From the NCBI GenBank assembly GCA_964016885.1, contig OZ024748.1, positions 60,388,001 through 60,452,000 on the forward strand: a stretch of DNA of 64,000 bases, given 5' to 3'. The number at the start of each line of letters is the position of its first letter. Within the stretch, counting starts at the first letter, position 1. A program made the position numbers and the translations under genes. The notes beneath the pieces were generated by a model, which saw only the letters and a program-made list of their open reading frames with translations, did not search any database and was not told the origin of the DNA. Positions 45,535 through 60,364 of this stretch are shown here, piece by piece. This DNA comes from Eledone cirrhosa. Lineage: Eukaryota.

Positions 45535-46142
45535 AGAGGAAGGGGGAGAATAATTAGGAAGTAGAGTGACAAACGCAGTAGTATAGGAAGAGAGAGGAAG
45601 GGGGATAAGAATTAGGAAGTAGAGTGACAAACGGAGATAGAGGGAGGGGAAAGTGGAAGGATTCCTCGATCAGTTTTCGTAGACTTGAAGTCGTCAATTT
45701 ACAGTGTAGGGAGTTAAAGAGAATTAAATTGTTTATAGTGGGAGAGAGAGAGGGGGAGAGAGGGAGAGAGAGAGAGAGAGATAGAGAGAGAGAAATATAT
45801 ATATAAATAAACATAATGAAGGGGGGGGGGGGATAAAAAAGAAAAGAAAAGATAGCAAAAAAGGGAGAGAAGAAAAGAAAACCCCAAAAGAAAAAATAAC
45901 TATATATATTTACAACGGAGGAGTTGTGTTAAGGAACGACATGGACGATAACGCACCAGAGTACTCAATACTTAGGGTAGTAGAGTGGGTAATAGGAGAA
46001 AGAATGACCCCGACGGCAGAGCTCAATCTTTCCATATAAGGAAGTATCCTTGAAAGTTCGGCTATTTATTTACCAGACTAAAAAACTCTTACTTTAGTCC
46101 AGAAATAGCCGTCGAAAAGGCTTGTGCTCTGCCGTCTTTCTG

Positions 46143-46233
<91 letters not shown>

Positions 46234-46577
46234 GAAAGACGGCAGAGCACAAGCCTTTTCGACGGCTATTTCTGGACTAAAGTAAGAGTTTTTTAGTCTG
46301 GTAAATAAATAGCCGAACTTTCAAGGATACTTCCTTATATGGAAAGATTGAGCTCTGCCGTCGGGGTCATACTTTCTCCTATTACCCACTCTACTACCCT
46401 AAGTATTGAGTACTCTGGTGCGTTATCGTCCATCTGGTTCCTTAACACAACTCCTCCGTTGTAAATATATATAGTTATTTTTTCTTTTTGGGTTTTCTTC
46501 TTTTCTTCTCTCCCTTTTTTGCTATCTTTTCTCTTCTTTTTTATCCCCCCCGCCCTTCATTATGTTCATTTATATAT

Positions 46578-46656
<79 letters not shown>

Positions 46657-46872
46657 TCTCTCTCTCTCTCTAAACAATTTAATTCTCTTTAACTCCCTAC
46701 ACTGTAAATTGACGACTTCAAGTCTACGAAAACTGATCGAGGAATCCTTCCACCTTTACACTCCCTCCATCTCCGTTTGTCACTCTACTTCCTAATTCTT
46801 ATCCGCCTTCCTCTCTCTCTCTATACTACTCCGTTTATCACTCTACTTCCTAGTTATTCTCCCCCTTCCTCT
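45535..46872. repeat. ~1.3-kb composite palindrome centred on (TA)n
   Basis: Arms 45535-46141 and 46233-46872 are reverse complements with few differences. Confidence 0.92.
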
Positions 46873-47096
46873 CTCTCTATACTAGTAAATACAATTCCAA
46901 AAAAATGTTTTTATATATGAAGAACCTTTTACGAGTAACTTATTCATTATTTTGAAAATTTGGAGGTGAACAACAATTATTATTGAGTGGCTGCTATTTG
47001 CAGTATAGCGATATAAGGTTGCACTTACCACTGAAACGGTGGTAAATACCTGGATAAAATAATTTTTTTAATGCTTACCTGTGTTTGCTCTTTTAT

Positions 47097-47152
<56 letters not shown>

Positions 47153-47170
47153 CAGTATATATATATATAT

Positions 47171-47794
47171 GTAAAAGGTAAACAGAAATAAGAACACAAT
47201 CGGTACAGTATATGGAATGGATATATTAGGTTAACGCTTGAATAAGCAGGAAGTGGGTCCTAACATTTCGGACGCTAGTCCTTCATCTGAAGAAATAATG
47301 AGAAATAAGATAGATTGAGGGGGACGGGCGGGATGGAATTGGAAAAATGTCTTTAGATAAAAAAAAAATATATATATATTTATGTGTGTATGTGTACATA
47401 TATATGTTTATATATATGGATATATAACGACACTCGATTGACAAGATCGTAGATCTGACACGCTTAACAAATGGAGCTCGTTAAATCAGACGGAAGAAAC
47501 AATATTTCTGTTGATCTTTCGAATTGCTATTCCAGGCAGAATGAGGAACGTGAAATAAAGTGTCTTGCTCAAGGACATAACGCATCGCCCGGTCCGGGAT
47601 ATATATATATATATATAACAAAGACAGTGTGGTAAGAAACTAGGTGGACCATAACGCACCAGAATACTCGATACTTAGGGTAGTAGAATGGGTAATTGGA
47701 AAATAATCAGGACCCCGACGGTTCAGCTCCGGCTGTTTCGACAACTAGAACAGAACATATATATATGTGTGTATGCTACATATATATATATATG

Positions 47795-47868
<74 letters not shown>

Positions 47869-47911
47869 TATATATATATATATATATGCTATATATATAT
47901 ATATATATATG

Positions 47912-47969
<58 letters not shown>

Positions 47970-48236
47970 TTTTGTGTGTGTTTTTGTGTGTGTGTGCGTG
48001 TGTGTGTGTGTGTGTAGCAAGAGATGTCAACATGAATGGACCTGTTATTTTCATCTAAAGACATTTTTACCGATTCCAACCCGCCCGTCCCCTCAATCTA
48101 TCTTATTCCTCATTCTTCCTTCTGATGAAGGACTAGCGTCCGAAACGTTAAGACCATCTTCCTGCTATATCAGGCGTTAACCTAATATATCTCTTCCATA
48201 TACTGTACCGATTGTGTTGTTATTTCCGTTTACCTT
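47171..48236. repeat. Inverted pair of a ~190-bp hammerhead-bearing repeat
   Basis: 47171-47363(-) versus 48050-48236(+). Other family members at 6745-6920, 13909-14005, 31217-31285 and 36017-36060. Confidence 0.8.
48117..48153 (+). ncRNA. Minimal hammerhead motif (Penelope pLTR-like)
   Basis: CTGATGA-A-GGACTAGCGTCC-GAAA-CG-TT; mirror copy at 47256-47295(-); decayed copy near 6812-6840. Confidence 0.55.
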
Positions 48237-48417
48237 AAATATATATATATAATAATAATAATATTATTTATACTTATATATACACTATATATAATTATAA
48301 ACAGGAAAGGTCAGTATTTTTTACCACCTTAATACCAGTATGGTATTAAGGTGGTAAAACATCTAATGTAAATACATTAGATGTCTTACCGAGCCGGAAT
48401 ATAAATTACAGAATAAT

Positions 48418-49815
48418 CAAAACTATGTTCAAAACATTTTATTGCTGACAATCGTTTCTTCCAAATTTTATATTATTACTGTTGTCATTAACAGTGTCAT
48501 ATTAAAAGAGTGAAGATGATGTGGTCACTATGAGTGGATGCGACAAAGATTAATTAAAAGAATAATGCAACAATTATAGAGGAATTGAAGAGGAGGGTTA
48601 CTCGCAAAATGAGGACATTAGCGGCACATAGGCAAACACATATAAAGAATGCAGAGGTATTAGGCATGTACAAAGTAACAAGGTGAAAAGACAGGCAATG
48701 GTACTAAGCATATATATCAAAGTATGGCAAAGGTATCACATAATACAATACATGTTTAAAAGCATATCAAACAGACAGAGATGCGTGGGTATGAAAGGCA
48801 ATTTCTATGAAGTTTATGGTGGATGTAGTGTGATAATTGTTCCTATAATGTTCAAATGTATATGTGCTGAGAGTATTAATACCAAGGTTTTCCTTTCCAT
48901 TACACTGGTTATATTTTAGGAGATGTTTATCAGTAGCTACAACTATGGATTGTATATTGATCTTATTTCAATCTTATAAAGGGTTAGAGTTGTTCTGGAG
49001 TGATCTGTTTAACGGTTTAATTTCAGGAAGTGAATAGAGATCTACACTAACAGGAGGTAATTGCTGATTAATTTGTGTATAAGAGAAAAATGTATAATCT
49101 GGTGTTAGTTGTTTATAACTCCAATTAGTTAAATTCTATGTGTTGATATACAATATATTGTATTATAAGTGAATCCTTTTATATAATACTATTTATTTTT
49201 ATAGTTTTATATTTAATTTTATATACAATCTGTTTTCTATAAAATATTTTAAAGGTCTCAATTTACCACTACCTACCCATATACTAATTAAATGAATGAA
49301 ATATTAGTAAGTAAGATATTGTAGTTATATTAAATGGTGGTAACTTTATGTTTATTCCCAATAGTTATTGTTGAGTATAAGATCTGAGATAAACAGGAGA
49401 TAAGTGAAGGGATGAGCTGATACAAGAATGTGATGCTGTGGGGGTATCATATGCTGATAAAACATAGAGGTTAAGTGTTAACGGTGGTGGGGAATCCAGA
49501 TCTGACATTGTTATATATTAGCAGCTAGGTTTGAAATTGAGGAAAGCCTGTCGGTGGTGGTGTTGGCACGTGGAAAAAATTTCTGATTTTCTTTTATAAT
49601 CATTGTCTCATCCACTGATACTGACCACATCATCTTCACTCTTTAAATATGACACTGTTAATGACAACAGTAATATCTACGTATCTTTACCATTGTTCTG
49701 TGGAATAAGAGCTTAATCATATGTCTAAATGTTGCTAATGTTCCGATGATCACAAACGAAAGTTTGGAAGAAACGATTGTCAGCAATAAAATGTTTTGAA
49801 CATAGTTTTGATTAT
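48418..49815. mobile_element. Penelope-like remnant with inverted termini
   Basis: 48418-48468 is inverted to 49760-49810, and 48476-48552 is inverted to 49597-49673. Hammerhead-like CCGATGA..CAAACGAAAGTTTG..GAAACGATTGTC followed by AATAAA at 49743-49790. No intact ORF. Confidence 0.55.
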
Positions 49816-49819
49816 TCTG

Positions 49820-49881
<62 letters not shown>

Positions 49882-50393
49882 ATGTGTGTATGTGTGTGTG
49901 TGTGTGTATGCGTGTTGTGTGTGTGTGCGTGTGCGCGTGTGAGTGTGTATGTATGTGCAGGTGTGTATGTGTATGTGAATGTGTAATTATTAAAAACATC
50001 TGGTGTTAATGAAGATCTCAGACATTTCATTTATCTAACTGTTCCATCTTTGATAGAGACTGAGAGATAGAGAGATAGGGAAGGAGAGGGACAGATATTG
50101 TTGGAGAGAGAGTTAGATAGATAGTGGTAGAAACAGTAACATATTGGGATAGAGGGAGAGATAGAGAGAGAAAAGAATGGGAGGAAGGAGAGCTAAGGAG
50201 GGAGATAGTGAATGATATATAAAGAACGAGCTAGATAGTGAGCGGGAGAAAGAAACATAGAGAGAAGGAAAGAGACATTATTAGAGGGAAGAAGAGAGAG
50301 ACGCTGATAGTGAGGAGGACAGAGATCAACATATAGAGAAAAAGCGGGAGAGAAACATCGCGAGGAAAAAGAAAGAGAGAGAGTGATAGTGAA

Positions 50394-50470
<77 letters not shown>

Positions 50471-50563
50471 CTAAAATTGAAGGGAAGAGAGAGTGAGAGA
50501 GATATGGGGTGGGACAGAGACTGATAGGAAGAGGGGAAAATAGACTATTAGCAAGAGGAAGAA

Positions 50564-50643
<80 letters not shown>

Positions 50644-51325
50644 ATAGTGGGAGAAGATGAGTTGAATGATATTCAATAAATATACAACACTATGACAGTG
50701 AAGAGTGAAATTATTTAATAATAAACAAATAAATGTGTTAAGATTTTCTCCACTAATTGACGCTTATTCAACGTTGACATTCGAAATAATGAACTGAAGT
50801 CTTATTGAAACTAATTCGATTTTACACAGTCACAATCTTTTTAATCTATATATTTCTGTCTAGACCAGGTTTAATAACCGAAAGAAAAGATTGCAGGTGG
50901 GAACAGGATACTCTCCAGTTAATATATATATATATACTATTGTTAAAGTTTGGGAGGGTCATGCTGCCAATAAAAACATACGCACCTGTGGTATTTCACT
51001 TAAATCTGTTATAAATGACCGGTTGGTTGGTTCGATAACCGGATGGTTATTTATATATTGTCAAACTCTTTCGTCACATTCTGTGACTTGCTAAGTCTCG
51101 TTGTTTCAACAGACGTTTTCAGATAAGAAATCTTGCAAAACAAATTCAAAATCGAAATATATATATAAATGTTGTTTTGTTTATTGTAGAGTGAGCACCG
51201 CTGGCTGGTTAAGTCGTTAGATTCGCAAATATAACGTCCTGAGTAAAGTACTCAATATATTAGTAGAGTCTAAATAACATTGTATGGAGTTTGGTATTGA
51301 GTGTGTTTGTGAAACATATACATAT

Positions 51326-51360
<35 letters not shown>

Positions 51361-51368
<8 letters not shown>

Positions 51369-51590
51369 ATACTTGGGGAGGGTCATATTGTTGTAGTAAT
51401 ATTGCCAGAATTAATAACAGAACACACTCACTGATTGGTCGGTTTTCGCTTCTGTATCTTTTATATCAGTTAATTTATTCGGTCCTCAATGTTTACCAGA
51501 AGCGAAAACCAACCAAACAGTGAGTGTGTTCTGTTATTAATTCTGGCAATATTATTACAACAATATGACCCTCCCCAAGTATAACAATAT
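51361..51590. repeat. Fold-back element with ~93-bp arms
   Basis: 51361-51454 is inverted to 51497-51590. Confidence 0.85.
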
Positions 51591-51633
51591 TTGTTTCGAC
51601 GCACGATTTCATACTAAAAACCTCGCAAAACAA

Positions 51634-51684
<51 letters not shown>

Positions 51685-51793
51685 ACGAAGGAAATGTGGT
51701 AAGGAACCAGATGGACCATAACGCACCAAAGTCATTTAGTCCAGAATTAGCCGTCGAAACGGCTTGAGCTCAGCCGTCCGGGTGCTACTCGTT

Positions 51794-51843
<50 letters not shown>

Positions 51844-51968
51844 CTTTTGTAGATATGTAGAAGCCTGGTGTATATATAGTCTAGCTTTCTACAGCACTGA
51901 CGATGCTTTTTACCGGAACCGGTACGTCTGAATACTACAAGATACATAGCAGTGAAAATTCCGTTATT

Positions 51969-52492
51969 GGCGGCGAATTTGCAGAGTCGTTAGAACGTCG
52001 GAAAAAATGATTCGTGTCCTGTTAGAAAACATTACATCGCATATCTCTTTGTTCCAGTATGGATTTGCAGCGTAGTAAGAGCGTCAGACAACCGGATTTG
52101 CAACATAGAGTTACGGTCCTTTACGATCTGTGTTTAAATCCCGCCGAGGTTAACTTTGCCTTTCATCCTTACGGGGGTCGATAAAATAAAGCACCAGTAA
52201 GGTACTGGCATCGATTTAATCGACTTTCCCCTCCACCCAAATTACTGGCCTGGTGCCTATACTAGAAACCATTATGGATTGGCAGAGTAGTAAGAGCGTC
52301 AGTCAACATGCTTTACAGCATTGAGTTATGGTCCTTTACAGTCTGCTTTCAAATGTTGCCCAGGTTAGCTTTGTCTTTCAACCTAAAGAGGTCAATGAAA
52401 CAAAGTAGCAGTAACGTCGATTTAATCGATTTAATCGACTTTCCACTCATCTAAAATGATTGCCCCTGTGTCCTTAATAAGGATCTATTATA
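51969..52492 (+). mobile_element. SINE S1 long-variant cluster (head fragment plus two tandem copies)
   Basis: Same head and central domain with an extra TCGATTTAATCGACTTTCC segment. Confidence 0.78.
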
Positions 52493-52720
52493 AGGTTTTC
52501 TACGCTGCCCCACGGTGAAACTATGTATTAGAATATTCCTGATAACGTATAACATTCAAAATCTGAAATAGACTTTGAAAATAGATTATTTACAAAAGCA
52601 TTATCAAATTTTTAAATGGTAAATATATTTATAGAACACCTTGTGCACTACAAATTAAGATTCATTAAGATCCTCCATCGATTGTATGTACAGACACGTA
52701 TATAAACACACACACACACG

Positions 52721-52867
<147 letters not shown>

Positions 52868-52881
52868 ACACACACACACAC

Positions 52882-52914
<33 letters not shown>

Positions 52915-52986
52915 CATACATACATACACGTACGTATGTAGGTATATGGGTTATTGTACAATGTACTGCGAATCCGTGTAAATCTT

Positions 52987-53102
<116 letters not shown>

Positions 53103-53421
53103 AAAATAAATATTTATTTATTTATATATATATGGGTGTGTGCGTGCGTTGTGCACATATATGTATATACATATATATACATCACACATATGTATACATA
53201 TATATATATAACGAAGGAAATGTGGTAAGGAACCAGGTGGACCATAACGCACCAAAGTACTCAATACTTGAGGTAGTAGAGTGGGTAATAGGAACCAGTA
53301 AGACCCCGACAGCTGAGCTCAAGCCGTTTCGACGGAATTAGCCGTCGAAACGGCTTGAGCTCAGCTGTCGGGGTCTTACTGGTTCCTATTACACATATAT
53401 ATATATATATACATATATATG

Positions 53422-53469
<48 letters not shown>

Positions 53470-53820
53470 TCCCTCTCTCTCTCTATATATATATATATAT
53501 ACTTGCTATATATGCACAAATTATCGATGTTGGTATCGATCTATCCCCACTAAACAGTTTAAAGTGGATGACTGATTGGAAATATATAGACGATGATATA
53601 GCTATGCTTATATTTTATGTGGTAACGACATTAACAACAACATCAATAATATCATCAACGTCAACAGTTTCAACTATGATCAATAATAATATGAATAACA
53701 AAACTAACAAAAACAACAGTAATAATAATACGTAATGACGGCAACACACACAACAACAAAACCACCATCAACAACGACGACACCAATAACAACAAAACGA
53801 ACATCCACAATAACCATATA

Positions 53821-56540
53821 AACACCACCACAACAACAGCTATAACAACAACAAGACCAACAACAATAATATCAACCACCACAACAACAACAGCTATAAC
53901 AACAACAAGACCAACAACAATAATATCAACCACCACAACAACAACAGCTATAACAACAACAAGACCAACAACAATAATATCAACCACCACAACAACAACA
54001 GCTATAACAACAACAAGACCAACAACAATAATATCAACCACCACAACAACAACAGCTATAACAACAACAAGACCAACAACAATAATATCAACCACAACAA
54101 CAACAACAGCTATAACAACAACAAGACCAACAACAATAATATCAACCACCACAACAATAACAGTTATAACAACAACAAGACCAACAACAATAATATCAAC
54201 CACAACAACAACAACAGCTATAACAACAACAAGACCAACAACAATAATATCAACCACCACAACAACAACAGCTATAACAAAAACAAGACCAACAACAATA
54301 ATATCAACCACCACAACAACAACAACAGCTATAACAATAACAAGACCAACAACAATAATATCAACCACCACCACAACAACAGCTATAACAACAACAAGAC
54401 CAACAACAATAATATCAACCACCACCACAACAACAGCTATAACAACAACAAGACCAACAACAATAATATCAACCACCACAACAACAACAACAGCTATAAC
54501 AACAACAAGACCAACAACAATAATATCAACCACAACTACAACAACAGCTATAACAACAACAAGACCAACAACAATAATATCAACCACCACAACAACAACA
54601 ACAGCTATAACAACAACAAGACCAACAACAATAATATCAACCACCACAACAACAACAGCTATAACAACAACAAGACCAACAACAATAATATCAACCACCA
54701 CAACAACAACAGCTATAACAACAACAAGACCAACAACAATAATATCAACCACCACAACAACAACAACAGCTATAACAACAACAAGACCAACAACAATAAT
54801 ATCAACCACCACCACAACAACAGCTATAACAACAACAAGACCAACAACAATAATATCAACCACCACAACAACAACAGCTATAACAACAACAAGACCAACA
54901 ACAATAATATCAAGCACCACAACAACAACAGCTATAACAACAACAAGACCAACAACAATAATATCAACCACCACAACAACAACAACGGCTATAACAACAA
55001 CAAGACCAACAATAATATCAACCACCACAACAACAACACCTATAACAACAACAAGACCAACAATAATATCAACCACCACAACAACAACAACTATAACAAC
55101 AACAAGACCAACAATAATATCAACCACCACAACAACAACAACAGCTATAACAACAACAAGACCAACAATAATATCAACCACCACAACAACAACAGCTATA
55201 ACAACAACAAGACCAACAACAATAATATCAACCACAACAACAACAACAGCTATAACAACAACAAGACCAACAATAATATCAACCACCACAACAACAACAG
55301 CTATAACAGCAACAAGACCAACAACAATAATATCAACCACAACAACAACAACAGCTATAACAACAACAAGACCAACAACAATAATATCAACCACCACAAC
55401 AACAACAACGGCTATAACAACAACAAGACCAACAACAATAATATCAACCACAACAACAACAACAGCTATAACAGCAACAAGACCAACAACAATAATATCA
55501 ACCACAACAACAACAACAGCTATAACAGCAACAAAACCAACAACAATAATATCAACCACCACAACAACAGCTATAACAACAACAAGACCAACAACAATAA
55601 TATCAACCACCACAACAACAACAGCTATAACAACAACAAGACCAACAACAATAATATCAACCACCACAACAACAACAACAGCTATAACAGCAACAAGACA
55701 AACAATAATATCAACCACCACAACAACAACAGCTATAACAGCAACAAAACCAACAACAATAATATCAACCACCACAACTACAACAACAACTATAACAGCA
55801 ACAAAACCAACAACAATAATATCAACCACCACAACAACAACAGCTATAACAACAACAAGACCAACAACAATAATATCAACCACCACAACAACAACAACAG
55901 CTATAACAACAACAAGACCAACAATAATAACAACCATCACAACTACAACAACAGCTATAACAACAACAAGACCAACAATAATATCAACCACCACAACTAC
56001 AACAACAGCTATAACAACAACAAGACCAACAATAATATCAACCACCACAACAACAACAGCTATAACAACAACAAGACCAACAACAATAATAACAACCATC
56101 ACAACTACAACAACAGCTATAACAACAACAAGACCAACAATAATAACAACCATCACAACTACAACAACAGCTATAACAACAACAAGACCAACAATAATAT
56201 CAACCACCACAACAACAACAGCTATAACAACAACAAGACCAACAACAATAATATCAACCACAACAACAACAACAGCTATAACAACAACAAGACCAACAAC
56301 AATAATATCAACCACCACAACTACAACAACAGCTATAACAGCAACAAAACCAACAACAATAATATCAACCACCACAACTACAACAACAGCTATAACAACA
56401 ACAAGACCAACAATAATATCAACCACCACAACTACAACAACAGCTATAACAACAACAAGACCAACAACAATAATATCAACCACCACAACTACAACAACAG
56501 CTATAACAACAACAAGACAAACAATAATAATATCAACCAC
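53821..56540. repeat. ~51-bp (48-54) AAC-derived minisatellite, more than 50 copies
   Basis: Unit ACAGCTATAACAACAACAAGACCAACAACAATAATATCAACCACCACAACA with 3-nt length variants. Confidence 0.96.
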
Positions 56541-57219
56541 AACGACAACAGTAACAAACACAACAATGACAACAGCAATAACAACTACAAAACCAACCAC
56601 AACAACGACGAAATCAACCACAACGACAGCAGCAATAACAACATCAACAACAACAAGATGAAACAACGACAACAGCACTAACAACAATATCAACGACAAC
56701 AACAACGTCAGTATCAATAACAACCACAAAACCAGCACCAACAACAACAATATCAACGACAACAACAACGACAGTATCAATAACAACAACTACAAAACCA
56801 ACACCAACAACAACAATATCAACGACAACAACAAGAGCAGCACCAATAACAACAACAACGACGACAAAAAAATCACCAAGAACACGAACTAAAAAAATAA
56901 TGAGAGCTGCCACAACGTCAGCTATGATAAATAGTAACTACACAGCAACAACAACAACAACAACAACAACAACAGCAGCAGCAAAGTAGATCGAAGTTTA
57001 TGCAACAACATCGATGACGATATAAAATATTTGAAAACGCGGCCTACTTGAAGATCGTGCGTTATATTATCAAGTAGACAAATTCAATTAAATCTGAATT
57101 CAAATATACTTATATATTCATTGAGTCATATATTGATATATATTGGTACATATGTACTTATTCAATAACGGACTAACAATACATATGGCCACATCTACGT
57201 ATATTATGTACCTATACAG

Positions 57220-57290
<71 letters not shown>

Positions 57291-57456
57291 TATTATAATT
57301 ATATATTATATGTATATATAGGGTTCTTATATATTTGACATATATTTATCCCTATCCAGCCCTCTTTAGATTTTAGTCTTCACATTTATTATTATTACTA
57401 TATATATATATATATATGTATGTGTGTATGAATGTATGTATATATATATATACATA

Positions 57457-57492
<36 letters not shown>

Positions 57493-57695
57493 GACATACA
57501 TATATATATATATACATAGACATACATATATATATATATCTACATATATATCGGAGGAGTTGTGGTAAGGAACCAGATGCACCATAACGCACCAGAGTAC
57601 TCAATACTTAGGGTAGTAGAGTGGGTAATAGGAGAAAGTATGACTCCGACGGCAGAGCTCAAGCCGTTTCGACGACTATTTCTGGTCCAGAAATA

Positions 57696-57847
57696 GCTTG
57701 ACCCAGGACTGCAGTTCCGTCAGCGAGATAAGGGAAGGCCTGTCGCACAAATTGGGCCCACACCGGTTGATCGATGAGGAATACCTGGAGATGCCGTAGT
57801 CTCAGCACGTGTTTGCGCATCATCAGCCACGGTATTCCCAGACACCT
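57696..57847 (-). mobile_element. Internal Tx1/L1-group fragment (post-RT GGLG region)
   Basis: Minus strand reads LGIPWLMMRKHVLRLRHLQVFLIDQPVWAQFVRQAFP, resembling the segment after the GGLG motif of L1/Tx1 ORF2. GC-rich; abuts (GATA)n. Confidence 0.55.
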
Positions 57848-57862
57848 AGTTAGATAGACAAC

Positions 57863-57924
<62 letters not shown>

Positions 57925-58599
57925 TTCATTGTAAATAGTGAGTCTTGTTAGCCTGGAGTTTCTCCTAATCATATAATGTATCATTCGAAACTCCAGAGTA
58001 ACAAGACTCGGGATTTTTGTCTGAATAAAAGGAATATTTAAACTCTATTTCGGTATTGACTACTTTTCTCTTTCGGTCGCCAACTACACACGGAGGACAT
58101 ATTCTTATGTAGGACATTGTAGTAAGTGTTTGGACAGATGTACGTCCAACCTTCTTTTATATTCTCCCAGATGAAATATGAATCTTTTTTCTCTGCTAGC
58201 CCATTGTTTTGTAACTAAAATTCAAACCTTTTCTTTGGTCTCCCACTGGCTTTCTATCGAGCGTATAACAGCGAGCGCTTTAAAAAATCATGTTACTTCC
58301 AACATTCTTTGGAACAACTGAACAAAACAAGATTTTCAGCACCGCAAGGGGAATTTCAATCTCTTTAATTCTTGGAGACATTCACGATAAAAAATTCCCC
58401 AAATATCATATCGGAAGCCAAATATATTTTGTGCCGAAGGATATCAATTTTCTGTGAACATTTAGTTTAATTCTTCATATAAAAATTGCCTCATGCGAAT
58501 AATGGAAAGATTTTATAATTTTTTTAAATTCTTTATTACCACAATATGGAATTTTATCATTGAATCGGGTGCTGCTAGCTTAGTGGTGAAGTGTAGCGA

Positions 58600-58865
58600 G
58601 CCCAGCAAAATAGACCAGAACATATATTGCGTGGTCACAGAAAATATTCGCTGGAGAGATTTTACGGGCATAAGTAACCAACAGGAGAGCCAGGTGTAGT
58701 TCCCGATCAAGATGGTTGGATTACATCCATGAGATCGGCTGGTCTCATTTGGGGATTCAGCCGTATAAATTTGAGATAGTTGCTTCTGACAGGAACTACT
58801 GGAATGAGTGTTTGAGAACTCTCATTCCCACGACCCGCTTCAGGATAATAATAAGAATAAGAAGA
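58600..58865 (+). mobile_element. RTE-group 3' end remnant
   Basis: RSRWLDYIHEIGWSHLGIQP...VASDRNYW...L fits RW.D.I/A.DR..W; (AAT/AAG) tail; related copy at 61545-61790. Confidence 0.6.
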
Positions 58866-59620
58866 ATGCCGAATGTCTTTCCCTATCGCTATTTTCATAA
58901 CTTCGAAGGATGTCTATGGTTGGTAAGTGGATTCCATATTAACTGAATGAAAACAAAGGATGAGAAGGCATTAATATCTGCATTATTCTTCATTCTCAAC
59001 AGTGTAAGACTCCATATTGAATTGTCTAGTAACCTGTGATAAAAGCTGGATAATGTATAAGAATGTGAGATGCCAACGGCTGTGGGATCAATCAGGATAA
59101 CACAAAACCTCATCCGAAACAACACCTTTATCATCGCAAGGTTTTTTAAAGCGTTTACTTGGATATGACGGGTGTAATACGCTTTGAAACCTAACCTTGC
59201 CTTAAAACCAGCCAATCACAGCTCAAGTAATCTGTGAGCACATCGATTGATTGAAAGAAAAATTGAAAGAAAACAGTTATTCTCTAGTCAATCACATACC
59301 CGACCTCATACTGCAAGAATTACATGACTTATGGGATAGCATGATATATATCTATATATATCTATATATATATATATATGTATATAACTATGTATATATA
59401 TATATATATATGCATATAACTATGTATATATATATATATATGCATATATGTATATATATATATATGCATATATATATATATATATGCATATATATATATA
59501 TATAACTATATATATATATAACTATATATATATGCATATATATATATATATATATAACTATATATATATATAACTATATATATATGCATATATATATATA
59601 TATATAACTATATATATATA

Positions 59621-59720
<100 letters not shown>

Positions 59721-60113
59721 TATATATATATATATAGTTATATATATATATATATATATATATAACTATGTATATATATATATATATATATATAACTATG
59801 TATATATATATATATATATAACTATGTATATATATATGCATATATGTATATATATATATATATATATATACATATGTATATAACTATGCATATATGCATA
59901 TATGTGTATATATATATATATTATATATATATATATGTATGTCTATATAACTATGCATATATATATATATGTGTATATAACTATGCATATATATATATAA
60001 CTATGTATATATATACATATATATAACTGTGTATAACTATGCATTTACGTATATATATATATATATATATATATAACTATGTATATATGTATATATATAT
60101 ATATAACTATGTA

Positions 60114-60150
<37 letters not shown>

Positions 60151-60249
60151 CTATGTATATAACTATACATATATGTATTTCTTATATATATATATATATA
60201 TATATACATATATGAAGAGAGATAGTTAGATAGATAGATAGATAGGTAG

Positions 60250-60364
<115 letters not shown>

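Noticed and set aside
51893-51930. Additional hammerhead-like cores (also 36231, 39063, 44838, 46709)
   Set aside because: Stem II or GAAA is missing or mutated; cannot be distinguished from chance or decay.
53670-56789. 1039-aa Val/Ile-rich minus-strand ORF
   Set aside because: Translation of a GTT-rich minisatellite; continuous hydrophobic repeat with no domain.
58100-59340. Possible DNA transposase remnant (GRPKKRF on the minus strand)
   Set aside because: Too short and interrupted; no catalytic motifs or TIRs could be supported.
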